Origin: Sanchytrium tribonematis
Lineage: Eukaryota
Direction of reading: 5' to 3'
Length of the DNA stretch: 47,148 nucleotides
NCBI GenBank assembly: GCA_018985235.1
Contig: JADGIG010000018.1
Coordinates: forward strand, 1-47,148
Shown here in pieces: positions 32,398 to 42,509 of the stretch; positions within the stretch are counted from its first letter, which is position 1; every line of letters starts with the position of its first letter. Below the pieces are notes generated by a model. That model ran no database searches. It was not told the origin of the DNA and was given only the letters and a program-made list of their open reading frames with translations. The translations under genes and the position numbers were made by a program.

Positions 32398-32847
32398 ATG
32401 TCTCATAAAGAAAGTGGAGCGACATCCCTGGTTCAAAAATTTGGAGAAGCATACCCTCAATCCAGATACACAATCACCAACTCCACAATCGATGAAGTAG
32501 TTTATCATCATTACAAATTGGAAGATGTGGATTCGTCAGAAATGTATTTAACAGAGGAAGAAAGTGATGTATCGTATGAGGAATTAGAAAAGCGCAATTT
32601 GCAGCTATTAGATACTGCCCAGGTCAAAACCCCACAAAATTATGTAAAGCCAAGCCTGATTCAATTGGACAGTAAATTGGGATTTTCAACAGCGGAAAAT
32701 TTGAAAGAAACCAATTTTCCTTTTTGGGGTTATATAAAATCTTGGTGGTATACCCACCCAACCCAGAGCAGACCTGAGTTCTCAAGGAAAAAGATGCACC
32801 TAAAGAAGTCTCAAACCATTTCATTCGAATCAAGCATAAATCAATAA
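32398..32847 (+). CDS. Hypothetical protein
   Basis: 149-aa ORF with AAAATG start and AATAAA stop context. Confidence 0.65.
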   Translation: MSHKESGATSLVQKFGEAYPQSRYTITNSTIDEVVYHHYKLEDVDSSEMYLTEEESDVSYEELEKRNLQLLDTAQVKTPQNYVKPSLIQLDSKLGFSTAENLKETNFPFWGYIKSWWYTHPTQSRPEFSRKKMHLKKSQTISFESSINQ

Positions 32848-32880
32848 AATAATGAAAATTTAATCTCCCCTTATTCCAAA

Positions 32881-34515
32881 ATGACTGAAATATCAACATC
32901 TGCAACTGTTGTAGGAGTTCTTGGAGGCGGTCAACTCGGTCGTATGATGCTAGAAGCAGCTAACAGATTAAACATTAAGCTGCTATTTCTAGATAGTGTA
33001 GATTCACCAGTAGCAAAAGTTTCTAAAAATTTGGTAGAAGGGTCATTTAAAAACAAAGACGATGTCAAAAAATTGGCAAGCCAATGTGACTTATTGACCA
33101 TAGAAATCGAACATGTCGAAGTAGAAGCACTCAAGAAATTAAATGTTCAACCGAGGGTTGAAACAATAGAATTGATACAAAACAAGTTTACTCAAAAAAC
33201 ATTCTTTTCGTCTAGAGTTCCTTGTCCCAGATTGATGGAAATTAATGACACAAAAGATCTTGAAAAGGCTTCAAATATGTTTGGTTTACCTTTGATGTTG
33301 AAACGAAAGTATAACTCCTATGATGGAAAAGGTAATTTTGTAGTCAGAAATGCATCAGATTTTGAAAAATCTTTAAAGGATTTGGGCAATGAAGTTTTTG
33401 CTGAAAAATGGTGCGACTTCGAAAGAGAGCTATCGGTTCTAGTCGTCAAATCTGAGAATGAGTTAAAGACTTATCCAGTGGTGCAAACCCACCATCGGGA
33501 CTCAATATGTCATACAGTAATCGTTCCTGCTCCTGTTAGTGGTGATATACAAGAAAGAGCCACTAAGGTTGCCGAGACAGCTGTGGCATTGCTTTCAGGC
33601 TACGGCATTTTCGCGGTAGAATTATTTCAACAAAGGGATGGCAGTATTTTATTGAACGAAATTGCACCAAGACCACACAATTCTGGACATTTAACGATAG
33701 AAGCCTGTGAGACATCCCAATTCGAAAATCACTTGAGAGCCATTTTAAATTTACCACTTGGTTCGACTGCTCTGAAAGTACCAAATGCAGCGATGGTAAA
33801 TATAATTGGGGCGTCTAATAACGTTGACTGTATTATGAGCCCGGTCAAGCAGGCACTCTCCATAGAAGGATCAAGTATTCATCTTTATGGAAAAGCAGAA
33901 TGCAGAAAGGGTCGCAAAATGGGACATATTACTATTACTGCAAACAATAAGCCTCAACTTTTACAAAGACTGCAGCCTCTTTGGGATAGTGTCGGAGGTT
34001 CACCTTTAAAATCAAATAATTCCCCACTAATTGGTGTCATTATGGGCAGTGATTCAGATTTGCCAAAAATGAAAGATTGCTGTGAGATTTTAGAGCAATT
34101 CAATGTTCCTTTCGAAGTGACCATAGTCTCTGCTCATAGGACTCCCGAAAGGCTTAGCCAATATGCTCGAACCGCTTACGAGAGAGGCTTAAAAGTCATA
34201 ATAGCAGCTGCTGGAGGAGCAGCTCATTTGCCAGGAATGGTTGCCAGTATGACGTGTCTTCCTGTAGTTGGAGTGCCAATTGCATTAAAACATTTGGATG
34301 GAGTAGATAGCTTACATTCCATAGTACAAATGCCCCGTGGTGTTCCTGTTGCTACTGTCGCCATTGACAATGCTACCAACGCAGCCCTATTAGCAGTCAG
34401 AATTTTAGGAGGTGATTACTCTTCACAAATGACAGTATATCAAACAAACATGAAAAATGTTGTTTTAGAAAAGGCAAAGCAACTTGAATTGAAAGGATGG
34501 TCTTCATTCTTATAG
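32881..34515 (+). CDS. ADE2: Phosphoribosylaminoimidazole carboxylase (PurK-PurE fusion)
   Basis: [64 protein letters not shown]. Confidence 0.97.
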   Translation: MTEISTSATVVGVLGGGQLGRMMLEAANRLNIKLLFLDSVDSPVAKVSKNLVEGSFKNKDDVKKLASQCDLLTIEIEHVEVEALKKLNVQPRVETIELIQNKFTQKTFFSSRVPCPRLMEINDTKDLEKASNMFGLPLMLKRKYNSYDGKGNFVVRNASDFEKSLKDLGNEVFAEKWCDFERELSVLVVKSENELKTYPVVQTHHRDSICHTVIVPAPVSGDIQERATKVAETAVALLSGYGIFAVELFQQRDGSILLNEIAPRPHNSGHLTIEACETSQFENHLRAILNLPLGSTALKVPNAAMVNIIGASNNVDCIMSPVKQALSIEGSSIHLYGKAECRKGRKMGHITITANNKPQLLQRLQPLWDSVGGSPLKSNNSPLIGVIMGSDSDLPKMKDCCEILEQFNVPFEVTIVSAHRTPERLSQYARTAYERGLKVIIAAAGGAAHLPGMVASMTCLPVVGVPIALKHLDGVDSLHSIVQMPRGVPVATVAIDNATNAALLAVRILGGDYSSQMTVYQTNMKNVVLEKAKQLELKGWSSFL

Positions 34516-35154
34516 TAAATTTTCGTCCTCCAAGCTGCAAACGAGGTATCTGATCCTTTCCAAGCATTCATTTAATGGTCCTGTATTTTTAATTACAATG
34601 TTAGCCAAATTCTTTTTCTTTTCAATTGACATTTGCACATCGACTCTTTTTAGCATTTCTTCTTCATCTTCCGTTAAGTTCGAAATTTCTGTGACCTTTG
34701 CTTTTCTCATTCTTGATAAAAGTCTCAGCTTTTGAGTTTCTTTATCAACATAAACAACCCAAATTTGATTTGCATATGTATTCAAGTGTGATTCAAATAG
34801 TAGCGGGATGTCAAAGAAAACGTATTTATGCCCCAAAATCGCTAAATAAATGTACTGCCAAAACATAGTCCAAATTACAAACGGATGAGTTATTCGGTTC
34901 AAAGTCTTTCTTTTGGACTCGTTATTAAATACAAGACTTGCTAATTTGCCACGGCTAACCTGGTTCCCGTCAAAAACTTGATTGCCGAAAAAAATCCAAA
35001 CTAAATAGTAAGATAAATGATATTTGTGGAACAGCTTTCTAGCTATTTCGTCTGCGTCAATAATTTTACAGCCCTGCTCTTTGAGATAGTTTGTAACTGT
35101 AGTTTTTCCCGTGGCAATTCCACCAGCAATTGCGATTCTGAAAGGTAATGGCAT
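34510..35154 (-). CDS. CAB5: Dephospho-CoA kinase
   Basis: [32 protein letters not shown]. Confidence 0.93.
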   Translation of the reverse strand: MPLPFRIAIAGGIATGKTTVTNYLKEQGCKIIDADEIARKLFHKYHLSYYLVWIFFGNQVFDGNQVSRGKLASLVFNNESKRKTLNRITHPFVIWTMFWQYIYLAILGHKYVFFDIPLLFESHLNTYANQIWVVYVDKETQKLRLLSRMRKAKVTEISNLTEDEEEMLKRVDVQMSIEKKKNLANIVIKNTGPLNECLERIRYLVCSLEDENLL

Positions 35155-35194
35155 TTTTGTTTGAAAAAATTAATTTAAAACAAGTTGAACCACA

Positions 35195-37121
35195 ATGCAG
35201 CAGCCAAGATTATTTCAATCTTTCAACAGAAACAAAAGCAGCACACAAAAGAAACTTTTGACTCCATTATTTCAACCACAACAACTTCCAGATTTTAGTG
35301 AGGATGAAAAACCAGTCAAGCCCCTTAACAATATTACGAACATTGCCAATTCACCTTCACTGAAGGCTAGATTCAAGAATAATATTAATGAATCGAGCCA
35401 GCTGAAGAGAGAATTCAAACCTAGACAAGATTATGACAGTTTCCAACTTAGCGAGAACGACTCGATGTTTAATTTTGAGCATTCAGCCCAAATTAAGCAT
35501 CGCGCTGAAAATGAAATCGCTCGAACTCCTCCAACCAAGGAGAGGAAACCGCAGCCTTATCCTACTCCTGATGAAAACAATTTGTTCGACTTTTTCAACC
35601 ACATGAAGTCTCTGATGGAAAAGAAAACCCAACTAGAATCAGAAAAAAAAGATTTGAAAAATATTGTCGAAACGCAGGGAAATGATTTGGAACAGCTGAG
35701 AAAAATTGAAGCTAAGTCTGTTGAGTTTATTAACGAATTTCAAAATAACAAACAATTTATTGAGACAAGACTTGGAGAGATAGAGAAATTTTCTCAATAT
35801 ATGGCAACTACAGTTAAAAACTTAAAAGTTTCGTCTGACGCAGCGTTATTAAAAAGAAATGAGTTTGAAATTGCTAACAAACAATCGATTGAAAAAATGC
35901 AGAATGATTTGGAAGAAAAGAACATATCACTGTCAAACACAATTCTTATAAACCAAAAATTGATAGAAGAGAAAAATACCTTGTCTATCAAAGTCGCATC
36001 GTTAGAGGACAAAATCAATGCGGAAGCTTTGGTCTTTGTCGACTTTAAAGCTAATTTTTGCGAATTGCAGGATAAGCACCAAAAATTGGAGATAGAATTA
36101 ATCGATAAAAAGTCTAAAGAAAAAAACGTGAGTCAACTTTTGCAACTTCATGAAGATGAAATTGTTAGCCTTAAAGCGGAAAACAAAAAACTGAGACTTT
36201 ATGTTAAAGATTTGGAAACGGCAAACTTAGTAGTGCTTAATGAAAAAGCAAAACTTGAAGATTCTGCCAGAAATTGTGATGCTAGTCTTTTCGAGTTAAA
36301 AGAATCCTTAGGGAAAGCAGAAAATGATCTGGAAATAGCTGGGATTAACTTTAACGAGTTAAATATTAGATATGCTGCTCTCTCCTCAACCAGCAAATCT
36401 TTAGAAAACAAAATTAAAGACTTGGAAATGAATGGCGCAGATGCGAAGAAACTGACTGATAAATTTGAAATATTATACTTGTCTATATTAAAATTGAACG
36501 AGGAAAAGCAATCATTGATGACATGTATTGCATCCATGGAAAAATCTCAAGCCGAAATTTCCACTGAACTGAGAAAAAAAGGCGAATTTAAAACTGGCGA
36601 ATCTATTGAAAAACACTCTCGGTACCTTTTTCTAATGTAGCCAAGAGCAGGATTTAAAAAAATACAAAGATATTTTAAGCTCTATTTGCGTTCTGTTAAA
36701 TACCGATGATGTTGATACAGTAATTCAGTCTGTAAGAAAACTAACAAACGATGTTGTTAATCTAGAAATTTCCTTTGAGCATTTGAAAAGGGAATATGAA
36801 GCAGTTTTAAACTCTGAGCTGAAATGCAAAACGAGAGTTGAAAATTTGCAAAAAGAGAATCAAGAAAAAAATACCTTAGTTTTTGATTTAAATAGCAGAT
36901 TGGAACGATCGCAAATTGAGAATAAGGATCTCTTGAAAGACATCAACAAACAGAAGGAATCGATTCAATTATTACAAATTGAGGCAAGAAATAAACAAGA
37001 ACGAAACAGGAATCAACTTGATACCCCAAAACCTCGAAAAAGAAGTTCAACTGGGCTAAATTCTACCCAAAAGAAAAAACAAAAGTCTGTCAGATTAGAG
37101 TCTGACGTTGTATTTTATTAG
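35195..37121 (+). CDS. Long coiled-coil protein; 2 exons (35195-36621, 36641-37121), 635 aa
   Basis: Heptad-rich E/K/L sequence; a 19-nt intron joins the two track ORFs in frame; basic NLS-like C-terminus. Confidence 0.75.
36622..36640 (+). other. 19-nt spliceosomal intron
   Basis: GTACCTTTTTCTAATGTAG with CTAAT; removal gives HSR-QEQDLKK and an open frame to 37121. Confidence 0.88.
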
Positions 37122-37134
37122 TAAATCAAACATT

Positions 37135-37644
37135 TTATTGAAATTGGGATAAAAATGTATCTGCTACGACTCTGGCACGAGCATTTAAGCTTAATCTCAT
37201 TTCGGACATTTCTTTGTCAATTTCCTCCAAAAAAACACACACAAATTCTACTAACTTCATTCTGATCATTTCCGTACAGTGATAAACTGTAATCAAAAGA
37301 CTCAAATCATACCCTGGAACTGCTTTTCTTCTTAGAACGCTGAACTCCTCAGCTCTGATCATCAAAAATCTGGTAAATTTTTTGTTTAAAATTCTTTCAA
37401 TGTCATCGCTTTGCTTGAGCTTCATGGATATACGGATCGAGTTGATGCTGGTTTCAATTAAAGTGTATTCAGCCTCATTTCTTGCAATCACAATAGGATT
37501 TAAAAGTACTTCTTCCGAATTTCGGGTCTCTACTTCAGGTTTAATATGACGTTCAACTATTTGTGAGGCAAAGTGCTGCAGGCATAAAGACGCATTCAAG
37601 CTACTTCGTAAAGCGGTGATATACGGGCGAAGACTTTGACTCAT
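37135..37644 (-). CDS. ARPC4: Arp2/3 complex subunit 4
   Basis: [52 protein letters not shown]. Confidence 0.97.
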   Translation of the reverse strand: MSQSLRPYITALRSSLNASLCLQHFASQIVERHIKPEVETRNSEEVLLNPIVIARNEAEYTLIETSINSIRISMKLKQSDDIERILNKKFTRFLMIRAEEFSVLRRKAVPGYDLSLLITVYHCTEMIRMKLVEFVCVFLEEIDKEMSEMRLSLNARARVVADTFLSQFQ

Positions 37645-37836
37645 TTTTAAGTTTCAAAAATTTATTTTGTCCGCAAATATATCAATTTGACTTGTCAAAT
37701 GGCTCGAAGTTTTGCTCATCGACCAATTTCTCACAGAACTGGGTCGTCTGATTGTTACTTCATCTAATATCGTTTTGCCTGTTAATTGGTCTGATTGGTA
37801 TTAAAAAGTCAGACCCCGTTTTCACAGTTCTCACGT

Positions 37837-38433
37837 ATGGGAAATTCTAGCAGCTCTACCCACCAAAAATCAAACCCGGTAATTGATGAACAGCATATGG
37901 GATATGGCTATTCTATATCTAGCACCTATCTAGATCATTCTCATTACGATACCCAAGTAGTTTGCGACTTAATTCAAAAGAAATATTTATGCCCTTTTTA
38001 CGGTGATCAGTCGAGCTCTAAGAGCGAAGAAGAATGTCCTATTTGCTTTTCAGAGCTTCCCTCCTACAATACCACAACCTGCTGTAAATCGAATATTTGT
38101 ACTGATTGCTTCGTGCAAATGAAACCAATGGACTTAAAAGAGCAAATTGGATGTCCATTTTGTAACTCTAAGCCGCTTTCAGTCAAGTATGAGAAATCTT
38201 CTCTGACTTATACAGACATTAGAGACAAACACATCAAAAATTTACACTTTAAAGAATATAAAAAACAACAGAGAGAGAAACAACTTAATTATCAAATGAA
38301 TATGATTAACCAGATGAATATGTTGCGGGACCTTTCGTTAAGAGCAGAATCGCCTCAGGATTTGGACGACGTGATGTTGAAGATGGCATTAGAAGAGAGT
38401 CTCAAGCCAAAGAGGACAAATAATACTCAGTAA
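37837..38433 (+). CDS. Sip5-like RING protein with N-myristoylation motif and UIM-like end
   Basis: MGNSSS, LCPFY, ECPICF...TTCCKSNICTDCFVQMK, CPFC, MLKMALEESL. Confidence 0.8.
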   Translation: MGNSSSSTHQKSNPVIDEQHMGYGYSISSTYLDHSHYDTQVVCDLIQKKYLCPFYGDQSSSKSEEECPICFSELPSYNTTTCCKSNICTDCFVQMKPMDLKEQIGCPFCNSKPLSVKYEKSSLTYTDIRDKHIKNLHFKEYKKQQREKQLNYQMNMINQMNMLRDLSLRAESPQDLDDVMLKMALEESLKPKRTNNTQ

Positions 38434-38450
38434 TAAATTTTATGGACTAT

Positions 38451-40961
38451 TTATTGGCTGGCTACAACTCTGATTGCGTCGACGAGTCCAATTTCACCAT
38501 TTTCTAGTAATTGTACCTTAACCAATCCTTCTCCAAAATTTGCCAAAACTTTAGCAGAGAAATTTTTGCCTGACCACGCATGGACTTTAACTATTTGGCC
38601 TTTACCGAAAAAGTCGCCACGTTCAAATGCCTTCGAAAATTTTTCGTGTTTAACTTTTAGTTTAGGATATCTTAAAAGCCCTTTGAACTGTGAAAAATAG
38701 CCTGTTTCGTAACATTTAAATGCATCTCGTACCCAAGGCTCATTAAAATCTTTAAGCTTGCTCATTTTTTCGGTATAGGGATCTTCTGGATCGAATTTGA
38801 CAATATCTACTAAAGGCACATCGTTGGTAATTTGTCCGTCGAAGTGGTATATATTTACACTGACTATGTCAGATCTCTTTTTCCAGTGATCAAATGTGCT
38901 GACCACTATTCCAGGCCAAGAAACTGCCTTAAAATCCCCATGCTCCAGCCAAATCAGTTCCCCAATGATATCATCATCAGCCATATTATATTTGATATAA
39001 CCATTTGAGTCTGCAATTGTTCCTCCAAATTCAAAATAGCGATTAAAATTCCAAAATAACGAGTTCCTTTCCCCAACAATCCGATTACTTATTCTTTCTA
39101 ATCCAGTGTATTTTTTGACATTAAACCAAAGCTCTAAGGTCCGGCTGAGGCCACCACAAATATAAATTTTTAAAGCTGAAGAGCAATCTAATTTGACGTC
39201 TCCAAGCATTAGTTCACTTACCACTTGCCAATCTTCATTCTCTATGAAGAATGGCGTATCTGCTACGACCTCTAAATAATCCACAAACTTTTTCATATTT
39301 TTACAGAACTCCGGTCTCAAAGTAGTAAAATTTCTAAAGCTGACAAATGTAGTATCGGTTTTTACAGCCAACTTGTAGTATGGTGATTCATGGTCTTTGT
39401 ACATGTAAAGAACCTCTTCGAAATCAAAACTGTTGAGTTCCTTTTTATGCTTTGTTTTCGCGTGAATCTTTGACTCAGAAACAGAATTTGCTTCCTGCTC
39501 GTTCTCCTTTTCTTGATCGCTAATTTCTTTCTCTTGAATTTTGGTATCACTTAAAATAACACCAAACCGTTTGACAAGCAAATCGTCTTCCTCCTTCACG
39601 TCTGATGATAAAGTCTTTACAGGCCACTGGTTGACAAAAATCTCGTAGTGCTTAAAACATCGACTGCAAAGATGTGGAACAGCATGTAACTCAGTTTTTA
39701 ATAAGGCTTGAATATAAGAATGAGATGAATTCTCAAAATCAAAATCGTAACCACATTGCAAAGTTGAAATTTTGCAATTGCAACATTGAATGTTTTTGCT
39801 AAAATTTAAAAACTCTAGTTTCTGCTTTGGCATACCTGTTTCCAAATAATTTGATTTTCGTACGAGAAATTTAGATGGATTTAATTTTGTGGTTCCCTTT
39901 TTCGTATATGATGAAATATCATCTAAGAAATCTGTGGATATAATTTTGCAAATAAAAGGGTGATTAACGTCGGGTTCCTCAGCATTTTTTTGCATCCATC
40001 CAAACCTCGTATTCTCAACCTTGAGCTGTGGACGAAAAAAGTTCGTCTTACTTTCTTTTGATTGATTGGAAAGTGTTGATTCAGACGACGAAGTTTTAGA
40101 CCTTGAGGAATTTTTGAAAGGAAATTGCTTTGTCAAATTTGCCATCTTGCTTTCGCCATCACTTTTAGCAGCTCTTTTTGATGTGTCATATGGTTTCGTC
40201 TCAGTGAGTCCACTTAAGCAACTATCGCATTTACAATCATTTTTGATTATAATTTCACCATTCATTTCAACTTTATGTTTAAAGTATTCATTGCCATATG
40301 AAGTAAAAATTTCCTCTCCTTTCTTTATGGATCTAACTGCTTTTAAATATACTCGACTCCCATCTCGATGGTATTCTACGTTATTGTTGCAATCATGATT
40401 AATGAATCTTGGAGGCCCTAGAAAAACATTGTAGGTCTTGTATTGCGAGGAGTACATTACACTAAAATCACTGCCATTTTTTTTAAATTCTTCGTTTTCT
40501 TTTTCATTCATAACGCCCCAGCTTCCTTCAACCATCGTCAAAATCTCGTTTTTTTGAACATGACGTGATGCTATGACTGTAACTTCTGGCATATTTTTGT
40601 ACCTGTAAGTATTGACAAGTTCAATAGCAGACGATTGCGAAAATATAGCCAAGTATCTAGTCAAGTGGTCAACGAAATATGTGTGGATGTCGTCTGCAGA
40701 CAAGACATCTAGTAATTCCTTCTTATAAAGACTCACAATAGCTAATGATGCCGGCTTGTAATCTTTAACGTTCTTATAATGACAAGTTTTTCTAATAATA
40801 GCAGCTAATATCTCAGGCTTAAATTTCACCTTATATAAATCATGGCTTTCTTTGTGAACTTTGGAGCATTTGGTGTTAATCAGGACGTTGTCAACCAAAT
40901 TGTTTGTAATGATGTCGTCAATTACAGACAATATTCTGACAGATGCAAATCTCGAGCTCAT
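38451..40961 (-). CDS. SET9: Set9/KMT5-like histone H4K20 methyltransferase with C-terminal PWWP-like and Tudor-like regions
   Basis: DFSVMYS, FLGPPRFINHDC..N, IKKGEEIFTSYGNEYF, CKCDSC post-SET. Confidence 0.85.
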   Translation of the reverse strand: MSSRFASVRILSVIDDIITNNLVDNVLINTKCSKVHKESHDLYKVKFKPEILAAIIRKTCHYKNVKDYKPASLAIVSLYKKELLDVLSADDIHTYFVDHLTRYLAIFSQSSAIELVNTYRYKNMPEVTVIASRHVQKNEILTMVEGSWGVMNEKENEEFKKNGSDFSVMYSSQYKTYNVFLGPPRFINHDCNNNVEYHRDGSRVYLKAVRSIKKGEEIFTSYGNEYFKHKVEMNGEIIIKNDCKCDSCLSGLTETKPYDTSKRAAKSDGESKMANLTKQFPFKNSSRSKTSSSESTLSNQSKESKTNFFRPQLKVENTRFGWMQKNAEEPDVNHPFICKIISTDFLDDISSYTKKGTTKLNPSKFLVRKSNYLETGMPKQKLEFLNFSKNIQCCNCKISTLQCGYDFDFENSSHSYIQALLKTELHAVPHLCSRCFKHYEIFVNQWPVKTLSSDVKEEDDLLVKRFGVILSDTKIQEKEISDQEKENEQEANSVSESKIHAKTKHKKELNSFDFEEVLYMYKDHESPYYKLAVKTDTTFVSFRNFTTLRPEFCKNMKKFVDYLEVVADTPFFIENEDWQVVSELMLGDVKLDCSSALKIYICGGLSRTLELWFNVKKYTGLERISNRIVGERNSLFWNFNRYFEFGGTIADSNGYIKYNMADDDIIGELIWLEHGDFKAVSWPGIVVSTFDHWKKRSDIVSVNIYHFDGQITNDVPLVDIVKFDPEDPYTEKMSKLKDFNEPWVRDAFKCYETGYFSQFKGLLRYPKLKVKHEKFSKAFERGDFFGKGQIVKVHAWSGKNFSAKVLANFGEGLVKVQLLENGEIGLVDAIRVVASQ

Positions 40962-41161
40962 TACAAGGAGAAGTTGGCAAATAACAAGATATGGAATTAG
41001 AAGATATTTCTATTCCCCCAAGAAATATACATGGCTATCGACTCATTAAAATTTTGATCAAAAACTTATTCAAAAAAATCTTAACATTTTGAGAATTTTC
41101 TTTATCTCAGCCATAACTTCTTTGTACTGTAATTCAATTTTGGTAGACTCGGTTTTTTGTG

Positions 41162-41797
41162 ATGTATAAACATTTATTTTCAAATAGGCCTGAAATGTTT
41201 TCACCAAAAGATTCGAAATTTAATATTCATGAAAAAGTCTATAGAAAGAAAACTGTCGTAGTGGGTGAGGGAGAATGTGGAAAAACTTCTCTTCTATCTG
41301 CCTACGTGAATGATAAATTTCCAGAAGAATATGTTCCAACGGTTTTTGAAAACTACTCCAAACAATTAAAGTTCGGGAAAAAGACAGTAGAGTTACATCT
41401 ATGGTAAATCAAGTATTAATTTAGGGACACTGCTGGTCAGGAAGATTTTGACAGATTAAGGCCTTTAAGTTACGCCGATGCAAATTGTGTCTTGGTATGT
41501 TTTAGTGTTAACAGCAAGTTAAGTTACGATTTAATTGCAGACAGATGGATCCCAGAAGTTCAGCATTTCATAGATTGCCCTATATTACTGGTGGGACTCA
41601 AAAGCGATTTGAGAAATGAAGATGTTGATTGTGTTTTGGAGCACGACGCCAGACTTTTAGCCGATAGACTAGGCTTAGCTGGATATATGGAATGTTCTGC
41701 TAAAACGATGGAAAATGTAAATGCAATTTTCAACAATGCCGCATACTTGTGTATGAAAAAGAAAGGCATTATGACTAGAATCTGCAAAACCTTATAA
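41162..41797 (+). CDS. Rho-family GTPase (Rho4-like); 2 exons (41162-41403, 41425-41797); alternative start 41195
   Basis: [58 protein letters not shown]. Confidence 0.93.
41404..41424 (+). other. 21-nt spliceosomal intron containing an in-frame stop
   Basis: GTAAATCAAGTATTAATTTAG; restores the invariant LW-DTAGQE. Confidence 0.95.
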
Positions 41798-41838
41798 TAA
41801 ATTAATTAGTTCTCATTTGCCAAGGGGCACTATTCAAA

Positions 41839-42465
41839 ATGGCGCAAATAAAATTATACTCGTATTGGAGATCCAGTTGCTCTTACCGAGTGAGAATAGT
41901 GCTTGGTTTAAAAGGCATAGACTATGATTATATTCCAATTAATCTTATCAAAGCAGAACAAAATTCAGAGGAAAACTTAAATCGAAATCCTATGGGCCTC
42001 GTTCCTACTCTCGAAGTTGACGGCGTACATATATCTCAGAGTATGGCAATTATGGAATATCTTGAGGAAAATTACAAATCAGTAATGCTTTTCCCTCAAG
42101 ATTCCATCGGGAGAGCAATAGTTAGAGGAATGTGTATGATTATAGTTGCTGACACTCAGCCTTTACAAAATTTGAAAGTTCTCAAGACATTTGAAGATCC
42201 AAAAAGAAAAGAATGGGCAATCAAGGTTATTTCTGATGGATTATTTGCTTTTGAAAAAATGGCCAAAAAATACAGCGGAAAATATTCTTATGGATCTACG
42301 GTAACCATCGCTGATGCTTGTTTAGTTCCACAAGTCTACAATGCGAAACGCTTTGAAATCGAGATGGACAAATTTCCAACAATTTCGATAATAATGGCAC
42401 ATCTTGAGGATTTGGAAGGAGTTCAGAAAGCCCATCCTCAACACATGATTGATGCCGTTCAATAA
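41839..42465 (+). CDS. Maleylacetoacetate isomerase / GST zeta
   Basis: LYSYWRSSCSYRVRI, NPMGLVP, QSMAIMEYL, QPLQNL, ADACLVPQVYNA.RF. Confidence 0.95.
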   Translation: MAQIKLYSYWRSSCSYRVRIVLGLKGIDYDYIPINLIKAEQNSEENLNRNPMGLVPTLEVDGVHISQSMAIMEYLEENYKSVMLFPQDSIGRAIVRGMCMIIVADTQPLQNLKVLKTFEDPKRKEWAIKVISDGLFAFEKMAKKYSGKYSYGSTVTIADACLVPQVYNAKRFEIEMDKFPTISIIMAHLEDLEGVQKAHPQHMIDAVQ

Positions 42466-42509
42466 ACCCAATACAAACTTTTTAAAAATCTTTCACACAA
42501 AGGGAGGTA

